Below, in pieces: positions 9,040 to 18,838 of a stretch of 48,658 nt of DNA. The notes under the pieces were generated by a model. The model was not told where the DNA came from, searched no databases, and saw nothing but the letters and a program-made list of their open reading frames with translations. The number at the start of each line of letters is the position of its first letter. Position 1 is the first letter of the stretch. The DNA is from a virus (taxonomy: Duplodnaviria > Caudoviricetes), in the IMG/VR virus record IMGVR_UViG_3300033144_007297, positions 1-48,658 of that record. The stretch is one strand, 5' to 3'. A program made the translations under genes and the position numbers.

Positions 9040-9970
9040 GCGCGTTTTTACCGGAACCGATGGCCTCAACACGGATATAGATCCGGCCAGGTTGAAGTAT
9101 GACTCAAAGACAGGGGTACAGGATTTGGCCGCGTGTCTTAACGTCGAGGTCAGCAATTCCAGGCGTGTGTCCAGACGGAAAGGCTACACGGAACGGATTA
9201 GCGGCAATTGTCACAGCGCTTTTTGTGATGGTGCCGATGCGATGGTGGTAAAGGACGATGCGCTTTGTGTCTTGCATTCAGACTACACCACCACCCCGAT
9301 CCGGAACGTAACACCTGGTGCCAGGGTTAGTTATGTCCAGGTGGACAATGTCATTTACTATTCTAACGGCTACGAGCAAGGGAAGCTTAAAACGGGCGGG
9401 GACTTCGACGGTTTAAGCTATACCTGGAGCGTGTCCGAATATGTTGGGCCTGAAACAACAAAAGAGTTTTCAGGTCCTCCGATCGGGACGCTCCTGGAGT
9501 TCTTTGCCGGCCGGATGTGGATAGTGCAAGGCAAGATCATTTGGTATAGCGAGCCTCATGGCGTTTCCCTGTACAACCTGGCTGACAGTTCTATTGCCTT
9601 TGAAGACGAAGTGATCATGCTTCGCGCCACGGTCGATGGCTTGTGGGTAAGTACCGACAAGGCTGTCACATTCGTGGACGGAACGGATCCTGACGAGATG
9701 GCACCAAGGACGGTCACGGACTATCCGGCCATAAAGGGGACCGACTTTAAGTATTATGGGCGGGCCTCAAGGATGCAGAACGGTCGGGTGTCCATCAACG
9801 AAAAGGGCGGGATTCTTTGCGCTCTTTGGCTCTCCGAAGAGGGCATCTGCTATGGTGGCCCAGAGGGGACCTTTTACAATCTAACCGAAGACAGGGCCGA
9901 CTTGCCAAACGCTTTAACCGGCGCGGGCCTGGTTTATGATGGCAAATATATTGGAAACATGAACCCATAA
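9032..9970 (+). CDS. nozzle/hub-like beta-propeller tail protein (P22 gp10 / T7 gp12-like), N-terminal part
   Basis: F.G..GLN start, NV.......SRRKGY, F.GRMW and IWYSEP. ATG 9032 preferred over 8975. Confidence 0.6.
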   Translation: MDRRVFTGTDGLNTDIDPARLKYDSKTGVQDLAACLNVEVSNSRRVSRRKGYTERISGNCHSAFCDGADAMVVKDDALCVLHSDYTTTPIRNVTPGARVSYVQVDNVIYYSNGYEQGKLKTGGDFDGLSYTWSVSEYVGPETTKEFSGPPIGTLLEFFAGRMWIVQGKIIWYSEPHGVSLYNLADSSIAFEDEVIMLRATVDGLWVSTDKAVTFVDGTDPDEMAPRTVTDYPAIKGTDFKYYGRASRMQNGRVSINEKGGILCALWLSEEGICYGGPEGTFYNLTEDRADLPNALTGAGLVYDGKYIGNMNP

Positions 9971-9982
9971 AGGAGAAAGAAA

Positions 9983-10744
9983 ATGGCCTTACGACTTTCA
10001 ACAAGCTTGAGGAATAAAATGGTCGGCCTGCGGGCCGCTGTAACAGCAATCACCGCCGGTGTAGGCGATGGCACTCCCACCTTTGCAACAGGAAGTCCAT
10101 CCACAGTTACAAGGAGTACGGGGAGTTGGATTACTGACGGATTTGTTGGCGGCGATCAGCTTTTTGTGTTTCAACCAACATCGCCAGGAAACAAGTCCGG
10201 CATTGACGGGACCTTGGTTGCGCTTGTGGAAGCGCTGACCCTGACCCTCGACGATGCTGTTGTGAGCGACGGCGAAGCGTTTGCGGCCGCTACGGTTCTT
10301 TGTGCGGCCAAGGGCGGGTCCCTGAAGGACGTCTTTCAGAATGGCGTCTTGAAGGTGTATTCTGGGTCCCAACCATCAGATCCGGACAATGCAGTTGCCG
10401 GCTCATTGCTTATCGAAATGACCGTTGCATCGGGGGCCTTTTCATACGGGGCAGAAGCCGCAGGGCTTGAGTTTGGAGATCCGACCGATGGTTACATCGA
10501 GAAATGTGCCGACGAAGTATGGTCTGGCCTTGGCTTGGCCGCGGGAACAGCCGCATGGTTCAGGCTGACTGCCAATCCGAACGACGACGGATCCCTGGAT
10601 GCCGGTGTTATCTATCCGAGAATGGATGGAACCGTTGGCACCTCCGGAGCCGATGCGACTATCAGCAACACCCAGATAGTGGTCGATGCACCATATACGA
10701 TCGACACGTTTAAGCTGACCTATCCCATGCAGTACGGTGCCTAA
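9983..10744 (+). CDS. virion structural (tail-associated) protein
   Basis: LRLST.LRN, L.VYSGSQP..PD, GTAAWFRL and RMDGTVGTSGAD motifs typical of phage structural genes. AAGGAG RBS. Confidence 0.65.
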   Translation: MALRLSTSLRNKMVGLRAAVTAITAGVGDGTPTFATGSPSTVTRSTGSWITDGFVGGDQLFVFQPTSPGNKSGIDGTLVALVEALTLTLDDAVVSDGEAFAAATVLCAAKGGSLKDVFQNGVLKVYSGSQPSDPDNAVAGSLLIEMTVASGAFSYGAEAAGLEFGDPTDGYIEKCADEVWSGLGLAAGTAAWFRLTANPNDDGSLDAGVIYPRMDGTVGTSGADATISNTQIVVDAPYTIDTFKLTYPMQYGA

Positions 10745-10769
10745 TCCTTTGAATTAAGGGAGGTGCCGA

Positions 10770-12890
10770 ATGGCAACGGAAACAGTAGCAACGGGCCTTG
10801 ATGCCGTCTTGGTTAGGGCCAGAACGGTAGGCCTGGATGCCCTGGTGGGCTTCAAAGAAACGGCCGACCTGGACGCGTTGGTCAAGAAGACCGGTCTTGC
10901 CGAAACAGCCGGCATGGATGCCAGGGTTGGTGGTGTGGTACGCCTTGACAAGGGGCCTCACGCCCAGGACTACACAGGGCAGACAGGATCTTTTCTGCGT
11001 GGCGGCTATGTTGTCGGCGGAACAAGCGGTGCCATTGGCCTTTTGGTCGGCATGGTCGATCCCGACGCTACCGGTACGCTCTATTTCAACGCCATTACCG
11101 GAACCTTTATCCCTGGCGAAACGCTTTATAGGGGTGAGGTAGGCTCCGAGCTAATCACCAATGGCAACATGGAGCTTGACGCCAATTGGGAGGCCTACGG
11201 CGACGACACGTCAAGCCTGACCGAACAGCGAAGCTCTGGCCAAAAGGTTGCCGGCGAGTATTCCTGGTATATGTACGACTCAAACCTTCCGGTTGCCGGT
11301 CGCCTTGGGATACAATCTGCCATATTTCCCACCGTTACCGACACCCATTACATAGTAGACTTTTATGAATATGCGGACTATGTAGATCCTTTTTGCGTGG
11401 TCATGGTCAAGGGTGACGGGACCCTGGGGGCTGACAGGGACTACTCCACGCCCTCCCCCAACGACACATGGTACAACCATTCCTTTATATACCTGGAAGA
11501 TGCGGGCGGATCGTTGGCCCAATTCCTCTTCTTGGCGCAAGATGGATGGACAAGCACCTGGCGGTACTATCTCGACAATGTCAGCGTTAAGGGTATCGTT
11601 AAAAACGTATCCCATTACGCGACGGCCGATGGCGCTTCTTATGGGACAATGCCTCAATTGGATGCGTTGCTCAAGAAGGACTATTCGGTGTCAGCCGGCC
11701 TTGACGGTATCGTTCTGGCGTCTTGCAATGTGTATGACGGGACCCTTCCGGATTTAAGGATAGAGGCCAGTTTCGGCAAGACGATGTCTGTTGACGCCAA
11801 GCTCCCCGTTCTTTCCTGTGAGGCCAGATTTGGTGCAAGGTCTGAAGGGGTTCTTCCCGCGTTAGAGTGTGAAGCATCCATAGAAAAGACCGAGCAAATA
11901 ACGGTCGATGCCAAGCTCCCTGTCCTCTCTTGTGAGTCAAGATTTGGATTCCGAGGCCCAGATGCCAAGCTTCCCGCGTTAGAAATTGAAGCAGAGATCG
12001 GCGGAAGCTTGATTATGAGCCTGGAGAAGTCCCTGCCGCCGTTGGAAATAGAGGCAGAGATCTCCACGCCTGGTGTTGTGTCTGTTGATGTGGAACTGCC
12101 TCCTTTGGAGATCGAAGCGACGATATCCAGAGAGCAGACGGTCAGCCTGGATGCGACATTGCCGGCGCTCACGATCGAGGCATCGATGGGGGCCTTTGTC
12201 TTTGATGTCGATGCGCTTTTGCCGAACCTCAAGCTCGAAAGCCTCCTCTCCAGAGAGGGAAGGCTTGCTTTAGATGCTTCGCTACCGGCCATGAAGATCG
12301 AGGCGTCAATGCTTCGAACATCGATCGGGGTCGACGTCAAACTGCCGGCGCTTGAGGTGGAAGCGACGATGTCGAGAGAAGGCAGGCTTGCTCTGGACGC
12401 AATTCTTCCGGCCTTACAGATAGAAGGCGTGATCTCAAGAGATGCTATCTTTTCTGTAGACACGTCCCTCCCCGCGATGAAGATCAACGCGAACATGGAC
12501 AACTACTCCATCGGTGTCGACGCTCAATTGCCGAGCTTGAAGATCGATGCGGGAATGTCCAGGCAAGGGGCGATGTCCCTCGACAAGGCGCTTCCGGCCC
12601 TTGAGATCGAGGCGGCTATCTCTGAAGCCGGTACGTTCGATATTGATGCAATCTTGCCGGCCTTTAAGATCGAATGCGAATTCCTGGCGGGCCAACTGAT
12701 ATCGGTCGAAAAGAATCTGCCGGAACTACAGGCAGACATCTCGATCACCTCCGGCGCGATCATGTCCTTGGACGCTTCGTTGCCGGCGCTTATTATGGGC
12801 GCTGTCGGGACAGGTGGTCCGGACGGATCCGGATCCACGATCACAAGAACAGGAAGGTTCGACGACTATGTTTTAAGGCATATAAGGTGA
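10770..12890 (+). CDS. modular fibre/appendage protein: LDA repeats, CBM-like insert and LP repeats
   Basis: Four N-terminal plus two internal [LM]D[AG] repeats. ELITNGNME...YYLDNVSVK carbohydrate-binding-like domain. 18 LPxLxIEA-type repeats. Confidence 0.6.
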   Translation: MATETVATGLDAVLVRARTVGLDALVGFKETADLDALVKKTGLAETAGMDARVGGVVRLDKGPHAQDYTGQTGSFLRGGYVVGGTSGAIGLLVGMVDPDATGTLYFNAITGTFIPGETLYRGEVGSELITNGNMELDANWEAYGDDTSSLTEQRSSGQKVAGEYSWYMYDSNLPVAGRLGIQSAIFPTVTDTHYIVDFYEYADYVDPFCVVMVKGDGTLGADRDYSTPSPNDTWYNHSFIYLEDAGGSLAQFLFLAQDGWTSTWRYYLDNVSVKGIVKNVSHYATADGASYGTMPQLDALLKKDYSVSAGLDGIVLASCNVYDGTLPDLRIEASFGKTMSVDAKLPVLSCEARFGARSEGVLPALECEASIEKTEQITVDAKLPVLSCESRFGFRGPDAKLPALEIEAEIGGSLIMSLEKSLPPLEIEAEISTPGVVSVDVELPPLEIEATISREQTVSLDATLPALTIEASMGAFVFDVDALLPNLKLESLLSREGRLALDASLPAMKIEASMLRTSIGVDVKLPALEVEATMSREGRLALDAILPALQIEGVISRDAIFSVDTSLPAMKINANMDNYSIGVDAQLPSLKIDAGMSRQGAMSLDKALPALEIEAAISEAGTFDIDAILPAFKIECEFLAGQLISVEKNLPELQADISITSGAIMSLDASLPALIMGAVGTGGPDGSGSTITRTGRFDDYVLRHIR
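11745..12797 (+). repeat. 18 degenerate 17-21-aa LP[AP]L.IEA...[VL]DA repeats
   Basis: Read directly from the translation. Confidence 0.85.
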
Positions 12891-12894
12891 CACA

Positions 12895-13371
12895 ATGGCG
12901 GAATCACGCTTTACATATGGCATCAATCTAAAGAGAAGCGCTCCATATCAATGGGCGAACTTCAACTTTAACAGCATGGCTGTGTTCAATGGTGTTCCGA
13001 TCGCCACGAACGAAGACGGCCTGTACTCTCTTTTCGATTCAGACCAGGACGATGGAAGCGAGATTGACGCTTTTTTTGAATTGACGACAACGGACTTCGG
13101 GGACTCTGGAACGAAGGCCTTCAGGTTCCTAATTTTAAGCGGTAAGTATAGCGAAGTTATGAAGGTCACGCTAAAGTCCGACGATGCTACGACAAGGCCC
13201 TATCTTGTGAGGCCGAAGTCAACCGGCCTTAAACAGAGCAGGGCTGAACGAATACCGTGCAGAAGGGACCACCAGGGGGTTTACTGGATGGTCCGTGTCG
13301 ACAACAAGTCCGGTGGGGACTTTAGTGTTGACGCGATCGATGCGCGTATTTTTGACCTTGGGATGAGATAA
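12895..13371 (+). CDS. tail protein resembling the C-terminal part of gp10-like nozzle proteins
   Basis: DDG.EIDA.F....TDFG...K and G.YW..RV.N..G.DF.VD.I patterns. Confidence 0.5.
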   Translation: MAESRFTYGINLKRSAPYQWANFNFNSMAVFNGVPIATNEDGLYSLFDSDQDDGSEIDAFFELTTTDFGDSGTKAFRFLILSGKYSEVMKVTLKSDDATTRPYLVRPKSTGLKQSRAERIPCRRDHQGVYWMVRVDNKSGGDFSVDAIDARIFDLGMR

Positions 13372-15239
13372 TGCCAGAGAGTTGCGAATGGTTTAATATT
13401 AACAATGTGTGGTTTAAGGTTTTTGGGGACTCGTCATCCCAGGCGGGCAAGGAGCTTATGTTGCAAGCAACAGCCGATCTGCTCAAGCTGAAAGAGTCCA
13501 ATGTTAACAACCTGGACGCTCAATTTTTGAACCGGCGACCATTTTATACCATTGTGTCTAACATAAACCAATTTACCGGCCTTAACGAGAACGTCATCAC
13601 AATTTGGACCGAAGAGTATGAAAAGGAAATAGGCGTAGAGGAAGAGGTCGACGAGATGGAAGAGAAGAAAATATTTGAGGCAATGTACCTTGCTCACGAA
13701 GTTTGGTATATGCCGGTCCCTGGCGGGATTGGCTATCAGAAGGCCGTTCAGGTTGGGTACCTGATATGCATGGGCGGTGGCTTCTTGCCTCCATATAAGT
13801 TTCTCGAAACAACGAACGTGATTCGTCCGGTTGGAGGTCTTACACCTTGGGCAAATGCACCCGAAGGAACTGTCTTGCCTTTCTTTTGGAACTTTTGGAA
13901 GTCAACAGCCAACCTAAACAATGACTTTCCGAATCCTCCATGGGGCGAGGCCGGAACAGAAATGGAAGAGATTTTGATCGACGAACATGAGGGGGTCGAG
14001 TATTTCGATGTTCCGTCTTTAAACTATGAGTCCATTAATTTTGATACGATTGGCAACTACGAATGGCTTACCCACGAACACCTATATGAGCCTACAGGCC
14101 TGGTTTTTTCCAGTTGCTATGAGCGTATTAGACAGATGGCACCTGGGCCGGTTCCACCGGAACAATGGGGTGGCACAGGTAGAACAGAGTGGCGGGCATT
14201 GGGAACATTTTCTATTAATTGTAAGCGTGGACACACAGAGGCGGGAGCATCTGCCAGAGTGACAGTTCCAGGTGGGGCCTGGGATTGGGGCGACGATCCA
14301 AGCATGATAAATATGCCAGGAACAGCGACCCAAGGCTTACACGGAACCTATGTTAAATATGGGGATGGCGCGACTGATGCCGACGAACAAGACAAGCTGA
14401 ATCTTTATGGCGACACCAGGGCCGATTTGATGAGCAACATTATGGATTGGATCGATGATCGGGAAAACGAGGCTAACGCTTGGTATGGCTCTGCGAACCT
14501 TGACTTCGGCTTTCCGGAAGACCCTGAAGATTTGGACCACGGCCTTGGAGAGAGCGGAGGAAACTATTTCGCATGGGAATACTCCGGCGATTGGTACCAG
14601 AGAGGTGTCGGCACCGCAAGGGACACCCAACACTACGCTTACTATTATGAGAAAATTTTAAGCCATTCTGCTTCCTATCAGATGCAAAGGCAATACACAG
14701 AATATAGAACGAAGGTCGAATGTCCACAATGGACACAGTATGGTTGGGAAGGGCCAGGAATGGGAACCGACACCTGGACCTGGGAGATGGGAATAAACGT
14801 AAACGGATCGAAGTTTATTGTAGAATCAGGAAGCGGACACGAACCAGGGAACAACCCAGGTGATGAGAAGGGGGACGCGTCTTCCTGTATCAAGCAGTTT
14901 GAGAACGGGTGGACAGCATTTGTCACTCAAAGGATGTCGGTATCATTGGATGAAGGTGGGGGTTGGAACCAAAAAATGTGGTTTTATTTTTCCCCTGCCG
15001 GCGCTAATTTTAGAAAAGATCTGGACCTTGGTCCACCAAGATGGGAGGGCGAAACGAGCGACCCAGATGACGAATGGTACGGGGGCATTTACGGCAACAA
15101 CACGAACTTCCACTTTCGAGAGATACCTGGTGCCTACTACAAGGATGAAGACGGCGTCGAATGGCCGTTTCTGACAGCCGGCCAGTTTAGACTGATCAAA
15201 ACTACAATAAGAGAAGAAGCAACGATAGTGTTAGAATAA
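13371..15239 (+). CDS. acidic Trp/Gly/Tyr-rich putative tail or receptor-binding protein
   Basis: 622-aa ORF in the tail module. Spot-checked lines have lower GC. No family recognised. Confidence 0.45.
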   Translation: MPESCEWFNINNVWFKVFGDSSSQAGKELMLQATADLLKLKESNVNNLDAQFLNRRPFYTIVSNINQFTGLNENVITIWTEEYEKEIGVEEEVDEMEEKKIFEAMYLAHEVWYMPVPGGIGYQKAVQVGYLICMGGGFLPPYKFLETTNVIRPVGGLTPWANAPEGTVLPFFWNFWKSTANLNNDFPNPPWGEAGTEMEEILIDEHEGVEYFDVPSLNYESINFDTIGNYEWLTHEHLYEPTGLVFSSCYERIRQMAPGPVPPEQWGGTGRTEWRALGTFSINCKRGHTEAGASARVTVPGGAWDWGDDPSMINMPGTATQGLHGTYVKYGDGATDADEQDKLNLYGDTRADLMSNIMDWIDDRENEANAWYGSANLDFGFPEDPEDLDHGLGESGGNYFAWEYSGDWYQRGVGTARDTQHYAYYYEKILSHSASYQMQRQYTEYRTKVECPQWTQYGWEGPGMGTDTWTWEMGINVNGSKFIVESGSGHEPGNNPGDEKGDASSCIKQFENGWTAFVTQRMSVSLDEGGGWNQKMWFYFSPAGANFRKDLDLGPPRWEGETSDPDDEWYGGIYGNNTNFHFREIPGAYYKDEDGVEWPFLTAGQFRLIKTTIREEATIVLE

Positions 15240-15251
15240 AAGGAGGCCACC

Positions 15252-18200
15252 ATGGGAGTGTTTCAAATAGGATCTTCAGACCTTACAGCAGATCCGTCAA
15301 ACTCACAGGCAAACGCGCTTGTTGAGAGCCGCTTTGAGCTTTCCGAACAATACGCGGGGACCCTGTTGGGCGATGCCCTGGCGACGCTTGCTGACTTGGC
15401 GTCCCGCGACTATAGCGTTGATTGGACTCCGGTCGTAATTACGGACGTTCCAACAACCGGCCTGGACGGTATCAATCCGTCAGATCCAGACCCTCCGGAG
15501 ATAGGCGTGATAGACATAGCCTTGCCGGAGTTTACTGGAGAGGCTCCGGTTTTTCCTGACATCGACACCAACATCGGGGATCCTCCGGACTTCAATCCAA
15601 CGGACCCTGGATTTTCAATACCACCAAGACCGATCGTGGATTGGCCGGTGTTTAGTGGAATAATCCCATTGCCGACATTGATACCATTGCCACCACCTCC
15701 AGACGTGACGGTTCCGGCAACGCCGACACTTACGGAACCGAGCATTCCGTCTGTGCCGGACCTTGATATTCCGAGCTTTGAAGGTGTGGACCCTGGGGTA
15801 TTTACGACATCTCCACCGACACCTCCGACATTGGGGATCCCAGATCTTTCCATAGAAACCCCAGAGGTGCCGGACATTACGGTCCCACCGCCTCCGGACC
15901 TGGTTATCCCAGGGATGGATGTCTTAACGCCAGAAGTGCCGGACATTAACGTGCCGGTTGCTCCAACAGCCGACCTTCCCTCTTTGGAGCTTGAGTCGCC
16001 TGTGGTTCCGGACGTAAACGTCCCATCGCCACCGGTGGCCAACATTCCGGCCCTGGACATATCAACACCGGAACTGCCCAACATCGATGTCCCTGAACCT
16101 CCGGACCTTATCATTCCAGAACTGGACATTACCACGCCAGAGGTTCCAGACATAACAACGCCTTCGGCGCCAACACCAAACATTCCAGGCCTTGAGCTTA
16201 CAACGCCTGAAGTTCCCGCGCTCGACACTCCAGACAAGCCCGTCTTGGTCTTGCCGGCGTTTGCGGGAACGAAGCCGACGATAGGGGCCATTAGCATCCC
16301 GTCGCCTCCGGCCTTTCAGATGCCGACCTTTGAAGGTGCGTTGCCGGTTTCAGACCTGACGCCTCCGGAGCCGATGTTCACATACAATGAGGTCGAGTAC
16401 AGTTCGGACCTCCTGAATGAGCTTTCCGGTAAGCTGTTGATAGACTTGAGAGATGGCGGGACAGGCCTGGATGCAGACGCAGAGCAAGCCATATGGGACA
16501 GGGCGTTGGCAAGACAGGTTCTTGAAGACGCCAAGGCTTATGACGAGGCCGCCAACTACTTTTCTTCACGCGGATGGCGCGTTCCTCCAGGGGCCTTGAA
16601 CGGTCGCATAGTAGAGGTTAGAAACCGAATCGATTTACGAAACACAGAACTGAACGACGGCATCCTGGTTCAACAGTCAAAGATGACCTGGGACCATACC
16701 CAGGCTATAATCCGATCTTGCATCGACCACGAAAAGATGATGATGGACAACACCAACGCCTACCAACAGCGGGCTTTCGAGGCCGCACAGGCCGCAGTCA
16801 ACATGGCGATCGTTGTTTATAACGGAAGGGTCGAGGCCTACAAGGCCCAGATGGAAGGATATAAGGTCCAGGCCGAGGTCTTTGAGTCGCGGATCCGTGC
16901 CGAGATTGCAAAGGCCGAGTTCTACAAAGCACAGATCGAAGGTTTGAAGCTGACCGTTGACGTCTTTCTTGGAGAGATGGAAGGCTACAAAACCGAGGCC
17001 CTGGTGTATGACACGACCGCAAAAACAGAACTCATCAAGACCGAGTTTTTCAAGGGAGAGATAGAGGGCGAACGCTTAACCCTCGACCTTTATATTGCAC
17101 AGCTTGAAAGGGATAAGATCCGCGCCCAGATCCACGAATCCATTATTCGAGGAGAGGCCATAAAGCCTGAATTCTTCAGGGCAGAGGTTGAGGCCGCGAG
17201 GCTCCAACTGGACCTTTATATTGCACAGTTGGACCGCGACAAACTACGGGCGGTGATCCATGAAGCGATCGTTCGGGGGGAGTTGGCGAAGCCTGATTTT
17301 TATAGGACCCAGGTCGAGGCCAAGCGTTTGAGCCTGGACCTCTACGTTTCCCAACTCGACCGCGATAAGTTGCGGGCTGTGCTTCACGAAGCCATTGTCC
17401 GCGGGGAATTAACAAAACCCGAATTCTATAAGACCCAGGTTGATGCCGAACGCCTCAACCTCGACAAGTATATGTCCCAACTTGACAGGGATAAAGTAAG
17501 GGCTGTCGTCCACGAAGCCATTGTTCGAGGCGAACTGGCGAAGCCAGACTTCTACCGTGCAGAGCTTGAGGGCGAAAAGCTGAACCTTGACTCCTATGTT
17601 GCTCAACTGGACCGTGACAAGGTCCGAGCCGTTGTGCATGAGGCGATCATCAGGGGCGAGCTTGCGAAGCCAGAGTTCTATAAATCAGAGATCGCCGCAA
17701 AGGGCCTGGCTCTGGACCTGTACTCCACACAGCTTGATCGAGATAAGGTTCGAGCCTTGGTGTTTGACTCTGTTGTCAAGGGCGAACTGGCGAAGCCTGA
17801 AGTATACAAGGCCGAGATATCCGGTTTCGAGGCAGAGGTTGAGGCCCACAAAACGAAACTGGCCAAGTATGAAATCGATGCGAAAGTCTTTGAGGCCAAG
17901 GCCAGAGTTGAAGGCCTGAAGCCAGAGTTCTACCAGGCGAACATAGCGGGGATCCGAACAGGCATCGAGGCTGAAGCCAGAATGATCGACATCTATAAGG
18001 CCCAGATCCTTGGGATCCAATCGATTGTTGATCTCTATCGGGCGGAGATGCAGGCCGGAGCCATTTTGGCTGACATCGACAAGACGAGGATGCAGACCTT
18101 CGAATCCGAGGTTTCTGCCTACCAGGCCCAGATAAACGCGCTGACCGCGAGGTATAATGCCTATCAGGCTGAAATTGGCGGAGAGGTTGCCAAGGCCGAG

Positions 18201-18821
18201 ATGTACAAGGCCCAGGCGGATGCATACGAAGCCGAGGTCAGAGGGTTTAAAGCCAAGGCGGATGTCGAGATCGCTGAAGTTGATATCGAGGTTCGCAAGA
18301 TTCAGGGAGAGGTCGAGGTCTACAAGGGCGACATCGATAAGTATCGAGCAGAGATCCAGGCGGCGGTTGCGGATGGTGAGATCCAGAGCAAGTCACAGGC
18401 CTCCCTGGTGGACCTGTTTGAGGCCGAGGTCCGAGAATATTCAGCGGAGATCGATGCTGTATTGAGGGCATACCTTGGCAAGATCGAAGAGAACAGGACC
18501 CAGGCCGAGATCTCCATTAAAGAGGCCGATGTCCATGTAAGAGCAACGATGGCCCAATACGAACTGGAGGCCGAGAACATCAGGGCGGTTGCAAGAATAA
18601 CGGCACAACTGGCGTCGAGCGCATTAAGTTCGGTGAACGCGAGCGCACACATCGGCTTCAGGGAAAGCCGCGGCGACACCCGAAGCTATTCGAAGGGGTT
18701 GAGCTACGGCCACACCCAACGCGACACCTTTAGTTCTGATTTAACCAAGCGAGATCTCACTTCGAGTTGGAGTGAATCTCATGCTTATAGTGATCCGGAC
18801 AGCAAAACGGCCGGTCAGTAA
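15252..18821 (+). CDS. Pro-rich plus long helical virion protein (tail needle or ejection-type)
   Basis: 1189 aa, AAGGAGG RBS. 23-aa Pro repeats followed by 42-aa helical repeats. Confidence 0.65.
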   Translation: MGVFQIGSSDLTADPSNSQANALVESRFELSEQYAGTLLGDALATLADLASRDYSVDWTPVVITDVPTTGLDGINPSDPDPPEIGVIDIALPEFTGEAPVFPDIDTNIGDPPDFNPTDPGFSIPPRPIVDWPVFSGIIPLPTLIPLPPPPDVTVPATPTLTEPSIPSVPDLDIPSFEGVDPGVFTTSPPTPPTLGIPDLSIETPEVPDITVPPPPDLVIPGMDVLTPEVPDINVPVAPTADLPSLELESPVVPDVNVPSPPVANIPALDISTPELPNIDVPEPPDLIIPELDITTPEVPDITTPSAPTPNIPGLELTTPEVPALDTPDKPVLVLPAFAGTKPTIGAISIPSPPAFQMPTFEGALPVSDLTPPEPMFTYNEVEYSSDLLNELSGKLLIDLRDGGTGLDADAEQAIWDRALARQVLEDAKAYDEAANYFSSRGWRVPPGALNGRIVEVRNRIDLRNTELNDGILVQQSKMTWDHTQAIIRSCIDHEKMMMDNTNAYQQRAFEAAQAAVNMAIVVYNGRVEAYKAQMEGYKVQAEVFESRIRAEIAKAEFYKAQIEGLKLTVDVFLGEMEGYKTEALVYDTTAKTELIKTEFFKGEIEGERLTLDLYIAQLERDKIRAQIHESIIRGEAIKPEFFRAEVEAARLQLDLYIAQLDRDKLRAVIHEAIVRGELAKPDFYRTQVEAKRLSLDLYVSQLDRDKLRAVLHEAIVRGELTKPEFYKTQVDAERLNLDKYMSQLDRDKVRAVVHEAIVRGELAKPDFYRAELEGEKLNLDSYVAQLDRDKVRAVVHEAIIRGELAKPEFYKSEIAAKGLALDLYSTQLDRDKVRALVFDSVVKGELAKPEVYKAEISGFEAEVEAHKTKLAKYEIDAKVFEAKARVEGLKPEFYQANIAGIRTGIEAEARMIDIYKAQILGIQSIVDLYRAEMQAGAILADIDKTRMQTFESEVSAYQAQINALTARYNAYQAEIGGEVAKAEMYKAQADAYEAEVRGFKAKADVEIAEVDIEVRKIQGEVEVYKGDIDKYRAEIQAAVADGEIQSKSQASLVDLFEAEVREYSAEIDAVLRAYLGKIEENRTQAEISIKEADVHVRATMAQYELEAENIRAVARITAQLASSALSSVNASAHIGFRESRGDTRSYSKGLSYGHTQRDTFSSDLTKRDLTSSWSESHAYSDPDSKTAGQ
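15858..16271 (+). repeat. six 69-nt (23-aa) Pro-rich repeats, with more degenerate copies on both sides
   Basis: TPEVP, TPEVP, SPVVP, TPELP, TPEVP, TPEVP at 23-aa spacing. Confidence 0.9.
17037..17792 (+). repeat. six 126-nt (42-aa) helical repeats, with degenerate flanking copies
   Basis: K[PT][ED]F[YF]...LD.Y..QL[DE]RDK.RA..HE.I.RGE at 126-nt spacing (17037, 17163, 17289...). Confidence 0.9.
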
Positions 18822-18838
18822 GGGAGGGGGGGATTAAG

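Noticed and set aside
15252-18821. Classical tape measure protein
   Set aside because: No tail tube, terminator or frameshifted chaperone genes are nearby, and the Pro-rich half is atypical.
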